Part shown: positions 10,232 to 22,130 of the stretch, one piece after another
How positions within the stretch are numbered: the stretch's first letter is position 1
Layout: every line of letters starts with the position of its first letter
Made by a program: the position numbers and the translations under genes
NCBI GenBank assembly: GCA_963702425.1
Contig: CAVPCQ010000011.1
Coordinates: 256,001-320,000, forward strand
Reading direction: 5' to 3'
From: an uncultured Acidobacteriota bacterium
GTDB taxonomy: Bacteria; Acidobacteriota; Polarisedimenticolia; J045
Length of the DNA stretch: 64,000 nt
The notes under the pieces: generated by a model
What the model was told of the DNA's origin: nothing
The model's input: only the letters and a program-made list of their open reading frames with translations
Database searches by the model: none

Positions 10232-11639
10232 ATGCTGTCCCGCGCCCGTGCACGCGCCGCCGCAGTGATCGTGCTGGCGCTGGCGTCCATCGCGCCGGCG
10301 GCTCTCTCGCAGGTCCCGACACGCGAGGAGCCGTTCCCGGCCCTGATCTCGCCGCGGCGTTGGGGGCCGCTGCTCGTCCAGCCGCAGCTGGTGCTCGAGA
10401 GCATCGGGTACGAGGGGAACGTCTTCCTGACCGCGCCCGTCTCGGTCAGCAAGCAGGAGCCGGTGTCGTCGTTCTATGCGCGCGCCGGCGCCGACCTGAC
10501 GGGGCAGCTGCAGTTCGGGCCGAACGTGGCGTTCACCTTCCATGACCGCGCGATTGGAGAGGTCTACGCGAAGTCCGAACTGTCCGCCCTGAACCACCTG
10601 GACAACGAGGCCGACGGCCAGTTCGACGTGCTGCTCGGATGGGCGCTTCTGACGGCGGGATGGGAGTACTCGTCGATCCAGGACACGCCGACGCTCGACG
10701 CCGTGAACAACCTTCCCAACCAGCAGACGCGGATCCGCACGAACGTCCCGAAGGCCGCGCTGCGCCTTTTCCTCTCGCCGCTGTGGGACCTCTCGGCATC
10801 GGCCCGCGAGGTGCGGATCCGCTACAGCAACCCGCAGCAGGATTACACCGTCCTCGTCCCCGCCAACGGCGACCCGAACGTCGTGAACGCGGCCACGGTC
10901 CCGGTCGATCAGGCGCTGGACCGCGACCGGCTATCGGCCCGCGCCGAGCTCGGCTGGCGGCCGCGGGGATCGATCCGCTACTACCTCGGCCTACGAGCGC
11001 GCCGACATCGACTTCACCTACGACCAGCTGACCGGCGACTCGGGAGGCGTCGCGTTCGACATTCCCGCGCCGCGGGACGCCACCGCCCGGCGCTGGCTGT
11101 TCGGGATCAACTTCAACCCGCTGGCCCGGCTCTCCGGCAGGCTCGAGATCGGCAAGGCGACGGTCGATCCGATCGACCCCGACTCGGGCTACAAGCCGTT
11201 CGACGGGCCGGTCGGCGTCGGCACGCTGACCTGGCGCCCGAGCGGCGCGTCCCGGGTGACGTTCTCCTACGAGCGCGACGTCCAGATCTCGATCTTCGAG
11301 AACAACCTCTACTACCAGTCGACGGCGCGAGGGATCGACGTCGAGTACTTCTTCGGCCGCCGCTGGGGGGTCCAGGGCGGCATCGGCCGCGACAGGCTGT
11401 TCTTCCCCGAGAAGAGCCCGGACACGATCAACTACCCCAACGGCTCGAAGGGGCAGGGATTCGACCCCGGCGTCCAGCGGCGGGACACGGTCGACGACGC
11501 CTATGTCGGCGTACTGACCCGGATCGTCGGCAACTTCCAGATCGGGTTGCGCTACGGGGTCCGGGACCGCACTTCGAACGACCCCTTCGCCGAGGACCGC
11601 CAGCCCTACCTCGTCACCTCCGGCAGCATCGTGTTCTGA
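10232..11639 (+). CDS. Outer-membrane beta-barrel protein associated with polysaccharide export (one frameshift near 10995)
   Basis: Signal peptide, alternating aromatic beta-strands and C-terminal SGSIVF. Lies directly upstream of the wza/wzc homologs. Confidence 0.72.
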
Positions 11640-11664
11640 AACGGACCGGTCCAGGAGCATCGCC

Positions 11665-12609
11665 ATGAAGCCGTTCTCCCGCCGCCTCCCCCTGCTCGCG
11701 ATCGTGCTGGCGCTCTCGCTCGCGTGCGCCTCGGCGCAGAATCAGCCGGCCCCGCCTGCGGCCCCGCCGCCGGCGCCGGCACGGCCCGCCGCACCGCCCG
11801 CGAAGGTGCTGGCCTCGCCGTTCGTGATGCCTCCCACGTCGGACGACGACTACTCGATCGGCGCCCAGGACGTGCTGGAGATCCGCGAGTACCAGCTGAA
11901 GGACCTCGACGTCACGCGCCGGGTCGACAACGACGGCTCGGTCACGCTGCCGCTGCTCGGAAAGGTCATGGTCGGCGGGCTCAACCCGCAGCAGGCGGAG
12001 GACGCGATCGCCCAGCTGCTCCGCGAGCGCCACCTCGTCAACCTTCCGCAGGTCACGGTGAACATCAAGGAGTACGTGTCGCGCCGCGTCAGCATCCAGG
12101 GGGCGGTGGACAAGCCGGGGCTCTACCCGATGTTCGGCCCCAAGACGCTGCTCGAGATGATCGGCGAGGCCGGCGGCCTCAACGACCGGGCCGGCAAGCG
12201 GATCATCGTCCAGCGGCCCTACGCGGGGTCGGGCGACGATCGGGTCGAGATCGACATCGAGGAGCTGATCTACGAGGGAAACCCGCTGCTCAACGTCCCG
12301 CTGCAGCCGGGGGACATCGTGATGATCCCCTACCTTCAGGAGGTCCGGGTCTACGTCAACGGGGCGGTCCGAAACCCCGGGATGTACAAGTTCCCGCTCG
12401 ACCAGGAGGCCACGGTGCTGCAGGCCGTCACGGCCGCTGGGGGGGCCACCGAGCGGGCCAACGAGAGCCGGGTCAACATCGTCCGGCGCCAGGAGAATGG
12501 CACCCGGCAGGTCTTCAGGGTAAATCTGAACCGCGTGAAGAAGGGGAAGGAGGAGGATATCCTCCTCGAGGAGAACGACATCGTCGTGGTTCCGGAGTCC
12601 TTCTTCTGA
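11665..12609 (+). CDS. wza: Polysaccharide export OPX protein (Poly_export + SLBB domains)
   Basis: DYSIGAQDVLEI, RVDNDGSVTLPLLG and two SLBB repeats (GAVDKPGLY, GAVRNPGMY). Ends VVVPESFF. Confidence 0.88.
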   Translation: MKPFSRRLPLLAIVLALSLACASAQNQPAPPAAPPPAPARPAAPPAKVLASPFVMPPTSDDDYSIGAQDVLEIREYQLKDLDVTRRVDNDGSVTLPLLGKVMVGGLNPQQAEDAIAQLLRERHLVNLPQVTVNIKEYVSRRVSIQGAVDKPGLYPMFGPKTLLEMIGEAGGLNDRAGKRIIVQRPYAGSGDDRVEIDIEELIYEGNPLLNVPLQPGDIVMIPYLQEVRVYVNGAVRNPGMYKFPLDQEATVLQAVTAAGGATERANESRVNIVRRQENGTRQVFRVNLNRVKKGKEEDILLEENDIVVVPESFF

Positions 12610-12649
12610 TCGGACCGGGCAGGCGCGAACGCGTCCGGCGGAGCGTGCA

Positions 12650-14897
12650 ATGACTTCAGCGACGAACCAGCAGGAATTCAACCTCCGGGACTACTGGCAG
12701 ATCCTGGTCCGGCGGCGCTGGCTGATCTACACCTTCCTGCTGGTGACCACCGTGGCGGCCTTCGTCTCGAGCATGGTCGCCACGCGGGTCTACAAGGCCA
12801 CGACGACGATCTCGATCGAGCGCCAGGGGGTGCGGATCCTACGCCAGGACCTGACCTCCTCCGAGCCGAGTTGGATCGACTACCAGAACTTCTACAACAC
12901 GCAGTACAAGATCCTGCAGTCGGACGCGGTGCTGGAGAACGCCGTCGCCGCGCTCGAGAAGAACGCGGTCCTCTTCCCGAGCCAGGACCCGAAGCTCAAG
13001 GACAAGTTCAGGCTGCCGACGATCGGCGACCTGACGGGAGCGATGTCGCGAGCGATTGGCCGCCAGACGCCGGGAACGGGCACCCCGGAGGATCCGAAGT
13101 ACCCGCTGATCCGCGAGTTGCGCGGGGGCCTCGCCGTCGAGCCCGTGCGCGACAGCCACCTGGTCAACATCTCGTTCGTTTCGCCGTCCCCCGCCTTCGC
13201 CGCAGCGGCCGCCAACGCGATCGCCGACGGGTACATCCTGTTCACGCTGAGCGGACGCAAGGAGATCGCGAAACAGTCGGAGGTTTTCTTCACCGAGCAG
13301 TTGCGGGGGCTTCAGGAAGAGATCACGAAGCAGGACGTCGCACTCCAGAAGTACGCGGCCGAGAAGGGGATCATCACCGGCACCGGCGACCTCAACGAGC
13401 TGACCGTCAAGAATCTCGACGAGCTGCGCAAGAAGATGACCGAGGCGCAGGCCGAGGTCGCCGACGCGCGGGCGCGGCTGCAGTCGCTGGAGCGGACGCC
13501 GCCGGCGGCGATTCAGGAGGTCCGGACCAACGAGCTGATCCAGACCCTCACCCGCACGGTGGCCGAGCAGGAGACGAAGTACCGCGAGCAGCTGACGACC
13601 TATGGCGACCAGCTGCCGGCGGTGCGCCAGCTCAAGGAGGCGCTCGACGGCTCGAAGCTGCGGCTGGCCGAGGCGACCGCCTCGCTGGCCGAGAAGGCGA
13701 TCGCCGGGGCCCGTGCCGACTACGAGCGGGCCCAGCGCAACCTCGGCGGGCTGGAGAGCCTTCAGCAGCAGTCGGCCACGCAGGTGACACAACTGAAGGA
13801 AGACTACGTCGAGTACCTGGGGCTCAAGGCGAGCCTCGATCGCACGCGCCAGACGTACAACGATTTCCTGGCCAAGCAGACCGACATGAAGATGTCGGGG
13901 CTGATGCTCGACGGCGCGGACAAGGGGCAGAACGTCCGCGTCGTCGATCCGGCCCAGCCCCCGCGCGAGGTCTACAAGCCGAAGGTCAAGCTCAACACGC
14001 TGCTTGGGCTGCTCTTCGGCCTGTTCCTCGGCGTCGCGGTCGCCTTCCTGATGGAGTACATCGACAACACCCTCAAGACACCCGAGGACATCCGCAACAC
14101 GCTCAACATCGCGGTGCTGGGGATGATCCCGGCGCAGGAGTCGGACCCGAAGCGCCGGCCGTCCAGGCGGCGGGGTGCGGTCGATCCGGAGCACGCCACG
14201 GGCGCGGCCGACCCGGCCCTGATCACCGCCCAGAAACCGCTCTCGCCGATCTCCGAGGCCTACCGCGAGCTGCGCACCTCGGTCCTGCTGGCGACCGCCG
14301 GCCACCCGCCGCGCGACATCGCGGTCACCTCCTGCCAGCCGAGCGAGGGGAAGACGACGACCGCGATCAACCTCGCGATCGCGCTGGCCCAGCTCGGCCG
14401 CCGCGTGCTGGTGGTCGACACCGACCTGCGCCGGCCACGCTGCCACATGGTCCTCAAGGCCTCGCCGTCGCGCGGCGTCAGCACTTTCCTGACCGGGATG
14501 AGCGGCCTCGACGCGCTGGTCCAGCCCACGCCGGTCGAGCGCGTGGCGCTCGTCGCCGCCGGGCCGATCCCGCCCAACCCCGCCGAGCTGCTGGACTCCG
14601 ACCGCTTCCGCGAGATGGTCGCCCTGCTCCGCGCGCACGAGGAGTACGACCACATCATCTACGACTCGCCGCCGGTCCTGTCGGTCGTCGACCCGCTGCT
14701 GATCGGCCGCCACACCGATGGCACGATCCTGGTCGTCAAATCGGGCTTCACGACGCGCGAGGCGGGTCGTCTCGGCAAGGAGAAGCTGGAGTCGGGCCGG
14801 CTCAATGTGCTCGGGATCGTGCTCAACGCGGTCCAGACCGAGAACGTGCCTTACCAGTACCGCTACTACCGCTACGGCTACGCGCGGGACAACAAGG
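12650..14897 (+). CDS. wzc: Polysaccharide co-polymerase / BY-kinase, truncated at the fragment junction
   Basis: Two TM helices, coiled coil, Walker A PSEGKTT, DTDLRRP, DSPP and Tyr cluster YQYRYYRYGY. Confidence 0.9.
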
Positions 14898-14905
14898 ATG
14901 GACTC
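14890..14905. other. Probable contig/fragment junction A|B
   Basis: Wzc has no stop after the Tyr cluster and runs straight into the middle of an M16 peptidase that lacks its N-terminal HxxEH part. Confidence 0.75.
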
Positions 14906-15956
14906 GATTGGGGGGCAGCTCGACGCGTTCACCTCGAAGGAGTACGCCGGCTACTACGTGAAGGTGCTCGACGAGCACCTGCAGATCGCGGTGGACTTGT
15001 TGTCGGACCTGGTCAGCCGGCCGGCGTTCGCCGCCGACGACATCGAGCGCGAGAAGAAGGTGATCCTCGAAGAGATCAAGATGGTCGAGGACACCCCCGA
15101 CGATCTGGTGCACGAGCTCTTCACGCAGAGCTTCTGGCAGGGACATCCGCTCGGGCGCCCGATCCTGGGCACCAGGGACACCATCGAGGCGTTCTCGCAG
15201 GCCCAGCTCCGGGACTACTTCGCGGGCGCGTACGTCGCGCCGAACTTCATCGTCACGGCCGCGGGCAACCTGGAGCACGCCGCGCTCCGCGAACTGGTCA
15301 CCTCGTCCTTCGCGTCGGCGCCCCGTGCCGGCGCCTCGTACCGCGAGGACCCGCCGACGGCGACCCCCAACGTGTTGTCGCGCACGAAGGACCTCGAGCA
15401 GAGCCACCTGTGCGTCGGTGTCCACGCGTACCCGCAGGGACACGCGGATCGGTTCACCGCCTACGTGATGAACACCATCCTGGGCGGATCGATGAGTTCG
15501 CGCCTGTTCCAGAACATCCGTGAGAAGCGGGGGTTGGCCTACTCGGTGTTCAGCGGTCTCAGCATGTACCGGGATGCGGGCCTGGCCAGTGTCTATGCGG
15601 GGTGCGCCAACGAGAACGTGGCCGAGGTGCTCGACCTGGTCGTGGCGGAACTGCGCGGAATGACCGCAGACGCGGTGCCCGACGCCGAACTGCGCCGCGC
15701 CAAGGACCACCTGAAGGGCAACCTGATGCTCAGCCTCGAGAGCACCTCGAGCCGCATGACGCATCTGGCCAGGCAGGACTTCTACTTCGATCGGTTCTAC
15801 ACGCTGGATGAGACGCTGGCCAGCATCGAGGCGGTCACGGGGGCGGACGTCCTCCGGGTCGCCCGCGACCTCTTCAGCGACGGCGCGCTTTCCGCGACGG
15901 TGCTTGGCGGCGGGGCGGATGCGGGGATCGATGGGCAGCGCCTGCGGCTGTCGTGA
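14898..15956 (+). CDS. M16 (pitrilysin-family) zinc peptidase, 5'-truncated
   Basis: GGQLDAFTSKE, EREKKVILEE, HPLGRPILG and SSRLFQNIREKRGLAY motifs. Confidence 0.9.
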   Translation: MDSIGGQLDAFTSKEYAGYYVKVLDEHLQIAVDLLSDLVSRPAFAADDIEREKKVILEEIKMVEDTPDDLVHELFTQSFWQGHPLGRPILGTRDTIEAFSQAQLRDYFAGAYVAPNFIVTAAGNLEHAALRELVTSSFASAPRAGASYREDPPTATPNVLSRTKDLEQSHLCVGVHAYPQGHADRFTAYVMNTILGGSMSSRLFQNIREKRGLAYSVFSGLSMYRDAGLASVYAGCANENVAEVLDLVVAELRGMTADAVPDAELRRAKDHLKGNLMLSLESTSSRMTHLARQDFYFDRFYTLDETLASIEAVTGADVLRVARDLFSDGALSATVLGGGADAGIDGQRLRLS

Positions 15957-16031
15957 GGCGGCGCATGCCGTGCGGCTGGCCGGGCGGTCGACACCCTCGG
16001 CCGCCCAGCCGCGGATGAAGGCAGGACCGTC

Positions 16032-17356
16032 ATGATTCGACGCTACACGCACCCGGAGATGGGGCGGATCTGGAGCGAGGAACGCCGCTTCGAGACCTGG
16101 CTGCGCGTGGAGATCGCCGCCGCGGACGCCATGGCCGAGGCCGGCATCGTTCCCGAGGCCGCCGCGCGGGACATCCGCGAGCGCGGGGCGTTCGACATCG
16201 CCCGCATCGACGAGATCGAGCAGACCACCCAGCACGACCTCATCGCCTTCACGACCGCCGTTTCGGAGCACGTCGGGCCGTCTGCCCGATGGCTGCACTT
16301 CGGCCTGACCTCGTCGGACGTCGTCGACACCGCGCTGGCGCTGCAGATGGTCGAGGCCTGCGACCTGGTCCTGCGGAACCTCGAGGTGCTCGCGGAGACG
16401 ATCTCAGCGCCGGGCCCTCGAGCACCGCGCGACGCCGATGATCGGCCGCACCCACGGCGTGCACGCCGAGCCGATGACCTTCGGGCTGAAGCTCGCGCTG
16501 TGGTACGCCGAGCTCAGCGCGGCATCGAGCGGATGACGGCGCGCGCGCGAGACGGTCCGCGTGGGCAAGTTCTCGGGCGCGGTCGGCACGTTCGCCCACC
16601 TCGACCCCGCCATCGAGGCCCGCGTCTGCGGCGCCTCGGCCTCGCGCCCGCGCCCGGTCTCCTCGCAGGTGATCCAGCGTGATCGCCACGCCGAGCTCCT
16701 GTGCGCGCTCGCCATCGCCGCGGCCTCGCTCGAGAAGTTCGCGCTCGAAGTGCGGGGCCTGCAGAAGACCGAGATCGGAGAGGTCGAGGAGCCCTTCGCC
16801 AAAGGCCAGAAGGGGTCCTCGGCCATGCCGCACAAGCGCAATCCGATCGGGTGCGAGCAGGTGTGCGGTCTCGCGCGCCTCGTTCGGGCGAACGCGCATG
16901 GCGGCGATCGAGAACGTGGCGCTCTGGCACGAGCGTGACATCTCGCACTCGTCGGTGGAGCGGGTGATCCTGCCCGACAGCTTCCTCGCGCTCGATCACA
17001 TGCTGCGCCGCTTCACCCGCATCGTGGATGGCCTGGTGGTCTACCCGGACCGCATGCGGGAGAACCTCGACCGATCCCGCGGTGTCGTGTTCTCTGGCAC
17101 CGTGCTGCTCGAACTGGCCCGCCGTGGGGTTTCGCGGGAGCAGGCCTACGCCTGGGTGCAGCGCAATGCGATGCGCAGCCACCACGAGGCGAAGGACTTC
17201 AGGGCGCTGCTGCTGGAGGACGAGGACATCACGCGGGTGCTGTCGCCGCAGGAGATCGACAGGGCCTTCGACCTGCGAGACCAGCTCAGGAACGTCGACC
17301 GCGTGTTCGACCGCGTGTTCCAGTCACAGGCCGAGTCCACGGAAGTGGCGAGGTAG
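16032..17356 (+). CDS. purB: Adenylosuccinate lyase (frameshifted by probable sequencing indels)
   Basis: [25 protein letters not shown] and [13 protein letters not shown] spread across several frames. Confidence 0.93.
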
Positions 17357-17409
17357 GCTTCCGCGGCCCGGGACGACCCGGGGCGGACACCAGGGCACGG
17401 AGAGCAGGC

Positions 17410-17639
17410 ATGGCGCAGCCCGCAAGGAACAACCTCTCGGTGATCGGCCGCTCGTTGATGATCTCGGCGGCGACGATGTTCCTCCTGGCGTTCCTGATCG
17501 GGCGCGGCACCCTGGCCATCGATGACACCGCGCGCCCGATGGTGTCGGGGGGCTCGTTGTCGTCGGTGCGCTGGACATCGCCATCGGCGCATTTTTCATG
17601 CGCAAGGGGCGGACGGGGGAAACCACCCACCGGTCCTGA
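17410..17639 (+). CDS. Small two-TM membrane protein (frameshift in G-run near 17550)
   Basis: First TM in ORF 17410. A second frame gives LVVVGALDIAIGAFFMRK and a stop at 17639. Confidence 0.45.
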
Positions 17640-17662
17640 AGGGGCCGGTTGTGAGAGCACGC

Positions 17663-19185
17663 ATGTTCGACAAGCTACACGAGGAGTGCGGCGTCTTCGG
17701 CATCTTCGGACACCCCGAGGCGGCCAACCTCGCCTACCTCGGGATCTACGCCCTGCAGCACCGTGGCCAGGAGAGCGCCGGGATCGCGCCGCCGACGGCG
17801 GCCAGGATCCGGATGCAACGCGGGATGGGATACGTCGCGGACGTGTTCGACGAGAACGTCCTCGCCACCTTGCCCGGCCATGCCGCCATCGGGCACGTCC
17901 GGTACTCCACCGCGGGCGACAGCGATCACATGAACGCGCAGCCGTTGCTGATCGACTGCGCGCACGGGCAGATCGCGGTCTGCCACAACGGGAATCTGGT
18001 CAACGCGGGTGAACTGCGCGACGAGCTGGTGCGGCAAGGCTCGATCTTCCAGACCACGAGCGACACCGAAGTCATCCTGCATCTCTACGCCAAGTCCCAG
18101 GCGCGGCCGGCGGAGCAGGCCATCATGGAGTCGCTCCTGCAGGTCACGGGCGCCTACTCGCTGGTCGTGCTCACGGGCGATCGCCTGATCGCGGCGCGCG
18201 ACCCGCACGGGTTCCGGCCCCTGGCCCTCGGACGTCTCGGGAACGGCTACATCGTCTGTTCCGAGACGTGCGCGATGGACCTCATCGGGGCGACCTACGA
18301 GCGCGACGTGCAGCCCGGCGAGGTCATCGTGATCACGGAGCAGGGTGTGCGCAGCTACACGCCCGGGCCCCCGCAGCCGCTGGCGCACTGCGTGTTCGAG
18401 CACGTCTACTTCTCGAGGCCCGACAGCGTCGTGTTCGGCCGCAGCGTCAACGAAGTCCGGACGGCCTTCGGCCGCCAGCTCGCGCGCGAGTCCGCGGTCC
18501 CAGCCGACGTGGTCGTGCCCGTGCCCGACAGCGGGGTGTGCGCGGCTCTCGGGTACTCCGAAGAGGCCGGATGTCCCGTTCCGCATGGGGCTGATCAGGA
18601 ATCACTACGTCGGGCCGCACGTTCATCGAGCCCCAGCAGTCCATCCGGCACTTCGGCGTGCGCGTGAAGCTCAACCCCGTACGGGGGCTGCTGAACGGGA
18701 AGCGCGTCGTCATGATGGACGACTCCATCGTTCGCGGAACCACCTCCCGAAAGATCGTGAAGATGGTGCGGGCCGCCGGCGCGTCGGAGGTCCACGTGCG
18801 CATCAGCTGCCCGCCCACGATCTCGCCGTGCTTCTACGGCGTGGACACCCCCCGCCGGAGTGACTTGATCGCGGCGACCCATACGCTCGACGAGGTGCGG
18901 AAATACCTCGGCGCCGACACGCTGGCGTACCTCAGCCTCGAGGGCATGCTCGCGGGCGTCGGCGACGCGCGCGCGGCCTACTGCACGTCGTGCTACACCG
19001 GCCACTACCCGGTCGCGTTCCCGCGGGATCGCGAGCAGTACCTGCAACTCGCCCTGAAACTCCACCAGCCCAACGGTCAGAAGGCTGCGGACACATCCGA
19101 CGTGCAGCCGGACGCGGTCGCGCCCGCGGCGGCAGCCATAGCCTTTCGGCGCCCGCGGTTGCCTCGGGGCGCTCAATGCGAGTGA
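17663..19185 (+). CDS. purF: Amidophosphoribosyltransferase (frameshifted)
   Basis: [31 protein letters not shown] and DDSIVRGTT motifs. Confidence 0.95.
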
Positions 19186-19229
19186 CGGACTTGTCCTGAG
19201 CGAAGGCAGCGAAGGAGCCGAGTCGAAGG

Positions 19230-20269
19230 ATGGACTACAAGTCGAGCGGCGTGGACATCGAAGCGGGCAACGAGGTCGTCCGCCGGATCAGGAGTCTCGC
19301 CCGGGGGACGTTCACGGCCGGCGTGCGTTCGGAGATCGGGAGCTTCGGCGGGGTGTTCGATCTCGAGCCGAGTGGCGGCGGGCCCGCGCTGGTCGCGAGC
19401 GCCGATGGTGTCGGCACGAAGCTGAAGGTCGCGTTCCTGGCCAACCGGCACGACACCGTGGGCGCCGATCTCGTGAACCACTGCGTCAACGACATCGTGG
19501 TCCAGGGTGCCCGGCCGCTGTTCTTCCTCGACTACCTCGCGACCGGCCGGCTCTCGCCGGACGTGGCGGTCGCCGTGGTCCAGGGCATGGCCCGGGCGTG
19601 CCGCGAAAACGGGTGCGCGTTGCTCGGGGGTGAGACCGCCGAGATGCCCGGCTTCTACGCCGACGGCGAATACGACCTGGCGGGCTTCATCGTCGGGCGC
19701 GTCGATCGGGCGCGCGTGATCGATGGCCGCGACATCACGCCGGGCGATGTGTTCCTCGGGCTTGCCTTCGACCGGGCTGCACACGAACGGCTACTCACTG
19801 GCGCGGCGGATCGTGTTCGACAGGCTCGGGCTGTCGGTCGACGCGGTGATTCCCCCGCTGGGGTGCTCGGTGGCGGATGCCCTGCTGGCCACGCACCGGA
19901 CGTACCTGCCAGCGGTCTGGCCGTTGATCGAAGGCGATGCGGGCACCCCGCTCGCCAAGGGGATGGCCCACATCACCGGAGGCGGGATCACGGAGAACCT
20001 CCCGCGCATCCTGCCGGAGGAACGTACGCGCCTGCATCTCGCTGTCGTCGTGGCCGGTTCCGCCGTTGTTCGAGTTCCTGCGCCAGGGCGGAGACGTGCC
20101 TGAGGACGACATGCTGCGGACCTTCAACATGGGGATTGGGATGATCGTCGCGGTGGCGCGCCACGACGTGGCCCGCGTGACCGACGTGTTGACGGCCGCC
20201 GGCGAGCGGCAGGTGTTCGTCATCGGCGAGGCGAAGGCCGGACGCCGCGAGGTGGAGTATGTCGCCTGA
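19230..20269 (+). CDS. purM: AIR synthase (frameshifted)
   Basis: [39 protein letters not shown] and RTFNMGIG motifs. Confidence 0.95.
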
Positions 20270-20960
20270 GGCGGCGGTGGTGGCGCCCAGCGGGTCCGCG
20301 CGACGAGTGGGCATCCTCATCTCTGGCCGAGGCAGCAACCTGCAGGCCATCATCGACGCCGTGGCAGCGGGTGAACTGGACGCGACGATCGCGCTGGTGA
20401 TCTCCAACATCGCCGATGCGGGCGGCCTCGGCCTCGCACGGCGTGCGGGCATCCCCACGCTGGCGCTCGATCACCGCGAGTTCCCGACGCGCGCGGCGTT
20501 CGACGCGGCGCTCGTGGCCGCCCTCCGCGCGCACGACGTCAACCTCGTCTGCCTCGCCGGCTTCATGCGCCTGCTCGGACAGGCCTTCATCGACGCGTTT
20601 CCTCACGCCATCCTGAACATCCATCCCTCGCTGCTCCCGGCCTTCCCTGGACTGCACGCGCAGCGCCAGGCCCTGCGGCACGGCGTGAAGGTGAGCGGGG
20701 CCACCGTGCATCTCGTGGACGCCGAGCTGGATGCGGGGCCCATCGTGCTGCAGGCGGCGGTCCCGGTACGCGATGACGACTCCGAGGACTCCCTCTCGGC
20801 GCGGATTCTGGTCGAGGAGCACCAGATTTACCCGAAGGCCATCGCGCTCGTGCTGCAGGCCGGATGGCGGGTCGAGGGACGGCGATTCCTCCCTGCCGTG
20901 CCGGGCGGCGCTATTCCGGCGCCGCCGGAAGGGCCTCGTGGGGGGCTCGGCGGAGCGTGA
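20259..20960 (+). CDS. purN: Phosphoribosylglycinamide formyltransferase
   Basis: ISGRGSNLQA, LAGFMR, LNIHPSLLP and DAGPIVLQ motifs. Confidence 0.95.
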   Translation: MSPEAAVVAPSGSARRVGILISGRGSNLQAIIDAVAAGELDATIALVISNIADAGGLGLARRAGIPTLALDHREFPTRAAFDAALVAALRAHDVNLVCLAGFMRLLGQAFIDAFPHAILNIHPSLLPAFPGLHAQRQALRHGVKVSGATVHLVDAELDAGPIVLQAAVPVRDDDSEDSLSARILVEEHQIYPKAIALVLQAGWRVEGRRFLPAVPGGAIPAPPEGPRGGLGGA

Positions 20961-21768
20961 CCAGCACCACCTCGGGCGGGCACCTGTAACGCACCGGGAG
21001 GTACACCGTCCCGACCCCACGGCTGACGAACAACTGCGTCCCATCCTGGGACACGAGCCCGGAGGCGGCCGGGAACTTCCGGGCGGCCACTGCGCCGAGC
21101 CCGGGCAGGACCACCTGCCCACCATGGGTGTGTCCCGCCAACACCAGAGGGAATCCGAGGGCCACGGCCTCGCGCAGGCGCCGCGGATCGTGCGCGAGCA
21201 GCAGGCGCGCGGGCTGCGTTCGATCGACCAGTGGCGCGATCTCGTCCAGGCGGCGCGTCCAGTACCTCACGCCGACGAGGTCGAGGGCCTGCCCGGACAC
21301 GGTGAGCCTGGTGCGATCGTCCTTCAAGACCTGGATCCCAGCGCGAGTGAGCGCCGCCGGCACGAAGCGGTCGTCGTCGTGGTTGCCGAGCACGGCGAAC
21401 ACGCCATGTGGGGCGCGAAGCCTGGCCAGAGACTCGGCGACGGAATCGACGTAGGTCCGTTCGGCGAACGAGACGTAGTCGCCGCCGAGGACAACCAGGT
21501 CGGGCCGAAGCGACAGCATGGACTCGACCGCACGATCGACAAGCGCGCGCGAGACCGTACTGCTGCGGTGGATGTCGGTGAGGAAGCCGACCGTCAGGCC
21601 GTCCAGCGCGAGCGGCCAGTCGCCAAGTCCGACCGGCTGTCGCGTGATTCCGAGGTCTGACTGCTCGTGGATCACCGTATCGGCATTGAGGCCCGTCAGC
21701 GTGCCCACAACGACGGCCGTCGCGAGTTCGAGCACTCGTCGGCGCGACGGGTCGTGGGCAACGGCCAT
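20911..21768 (-). CDS. Metallophosphoesterase (YkuE-like) with Tat-like leader
   Basis: DIH, GGD, GNHD, AH and GHTHGGQ motifs, with N-terminal SRRRVL. Confidence 0.88.
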   Translation of the reverse strand: MAVAHDPSRRRVLELATAVVVGTLTGLNADTVIHEQSDLGITRQPVGLGDWPLALDGLTVGFLTDIHRSSTVSRALVDRAVESMLSLRPDLVVLGGDYVSFAERTYVDSVAESLARLRAPHGVFAVLGNHDDDRFVPAALTRAGIQVLKDDRTRLTVSGQALDLVGVRYWTRRLDEIAPLVDRTQPARLLLAHDPRRLREAVALGFPLVLAGHTHGGQVVLPGLGAVAARKFPAASGLVSQDGTQLFVSRGVGTVYLPVRYRCPPEVVLVTLRRAPHEALPAAPE

Positions 21769-22130
21769 GTCCGCATCGTATACCGCCGCCCCCCCGGCGG
21801 GCCGGGCGCACTCGCCGATTCTTGCTCCCGAGCGGGTGACGCCGCGGCGGATGCCCGCGGGGCGTGAGCGCGGAGGGCCGCAGGCGGGAGCGCGCAGGGT
21901 GATTCCGGGCGGCCGCCGCCCGGCGCGGCGCCGACGCGGCGGCAGGACCCGCCCGTCGGGGGGGCCACGCCGCGACAACTGGTCGTGCACTCCGGCAGGC
22001 CCCTGAACGTGTGTTCCGCGCGCAGGGCGGCTATGCTGTTCTGCCCGGGGAAGCGTGCGCGCCGGTCGGGGACCGGCGAGGTCCCTCGCCTTCCCGCGAC
22101 AACGTGCAGGACGCGAAGGAGCAACGGATC

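Noticed and set aside
12650-15523. 957-aa Wzc with a novel C-terminal extension
   Set aside because: The extension is out-of-frame read-through into the M16 gene across a probable fragment junction.
20911-20960. 50-bp convergent overlap of purN and the metallophosphoesterase
   Set aside because: Short 3' overlaps are common in high-GC genomes and could also arise from an indel.
21780-22130. T-box riboswitch upstream of tyrS
   Set aside because: No GGTGGNACCGCG T-box sequence or terminator is visible.
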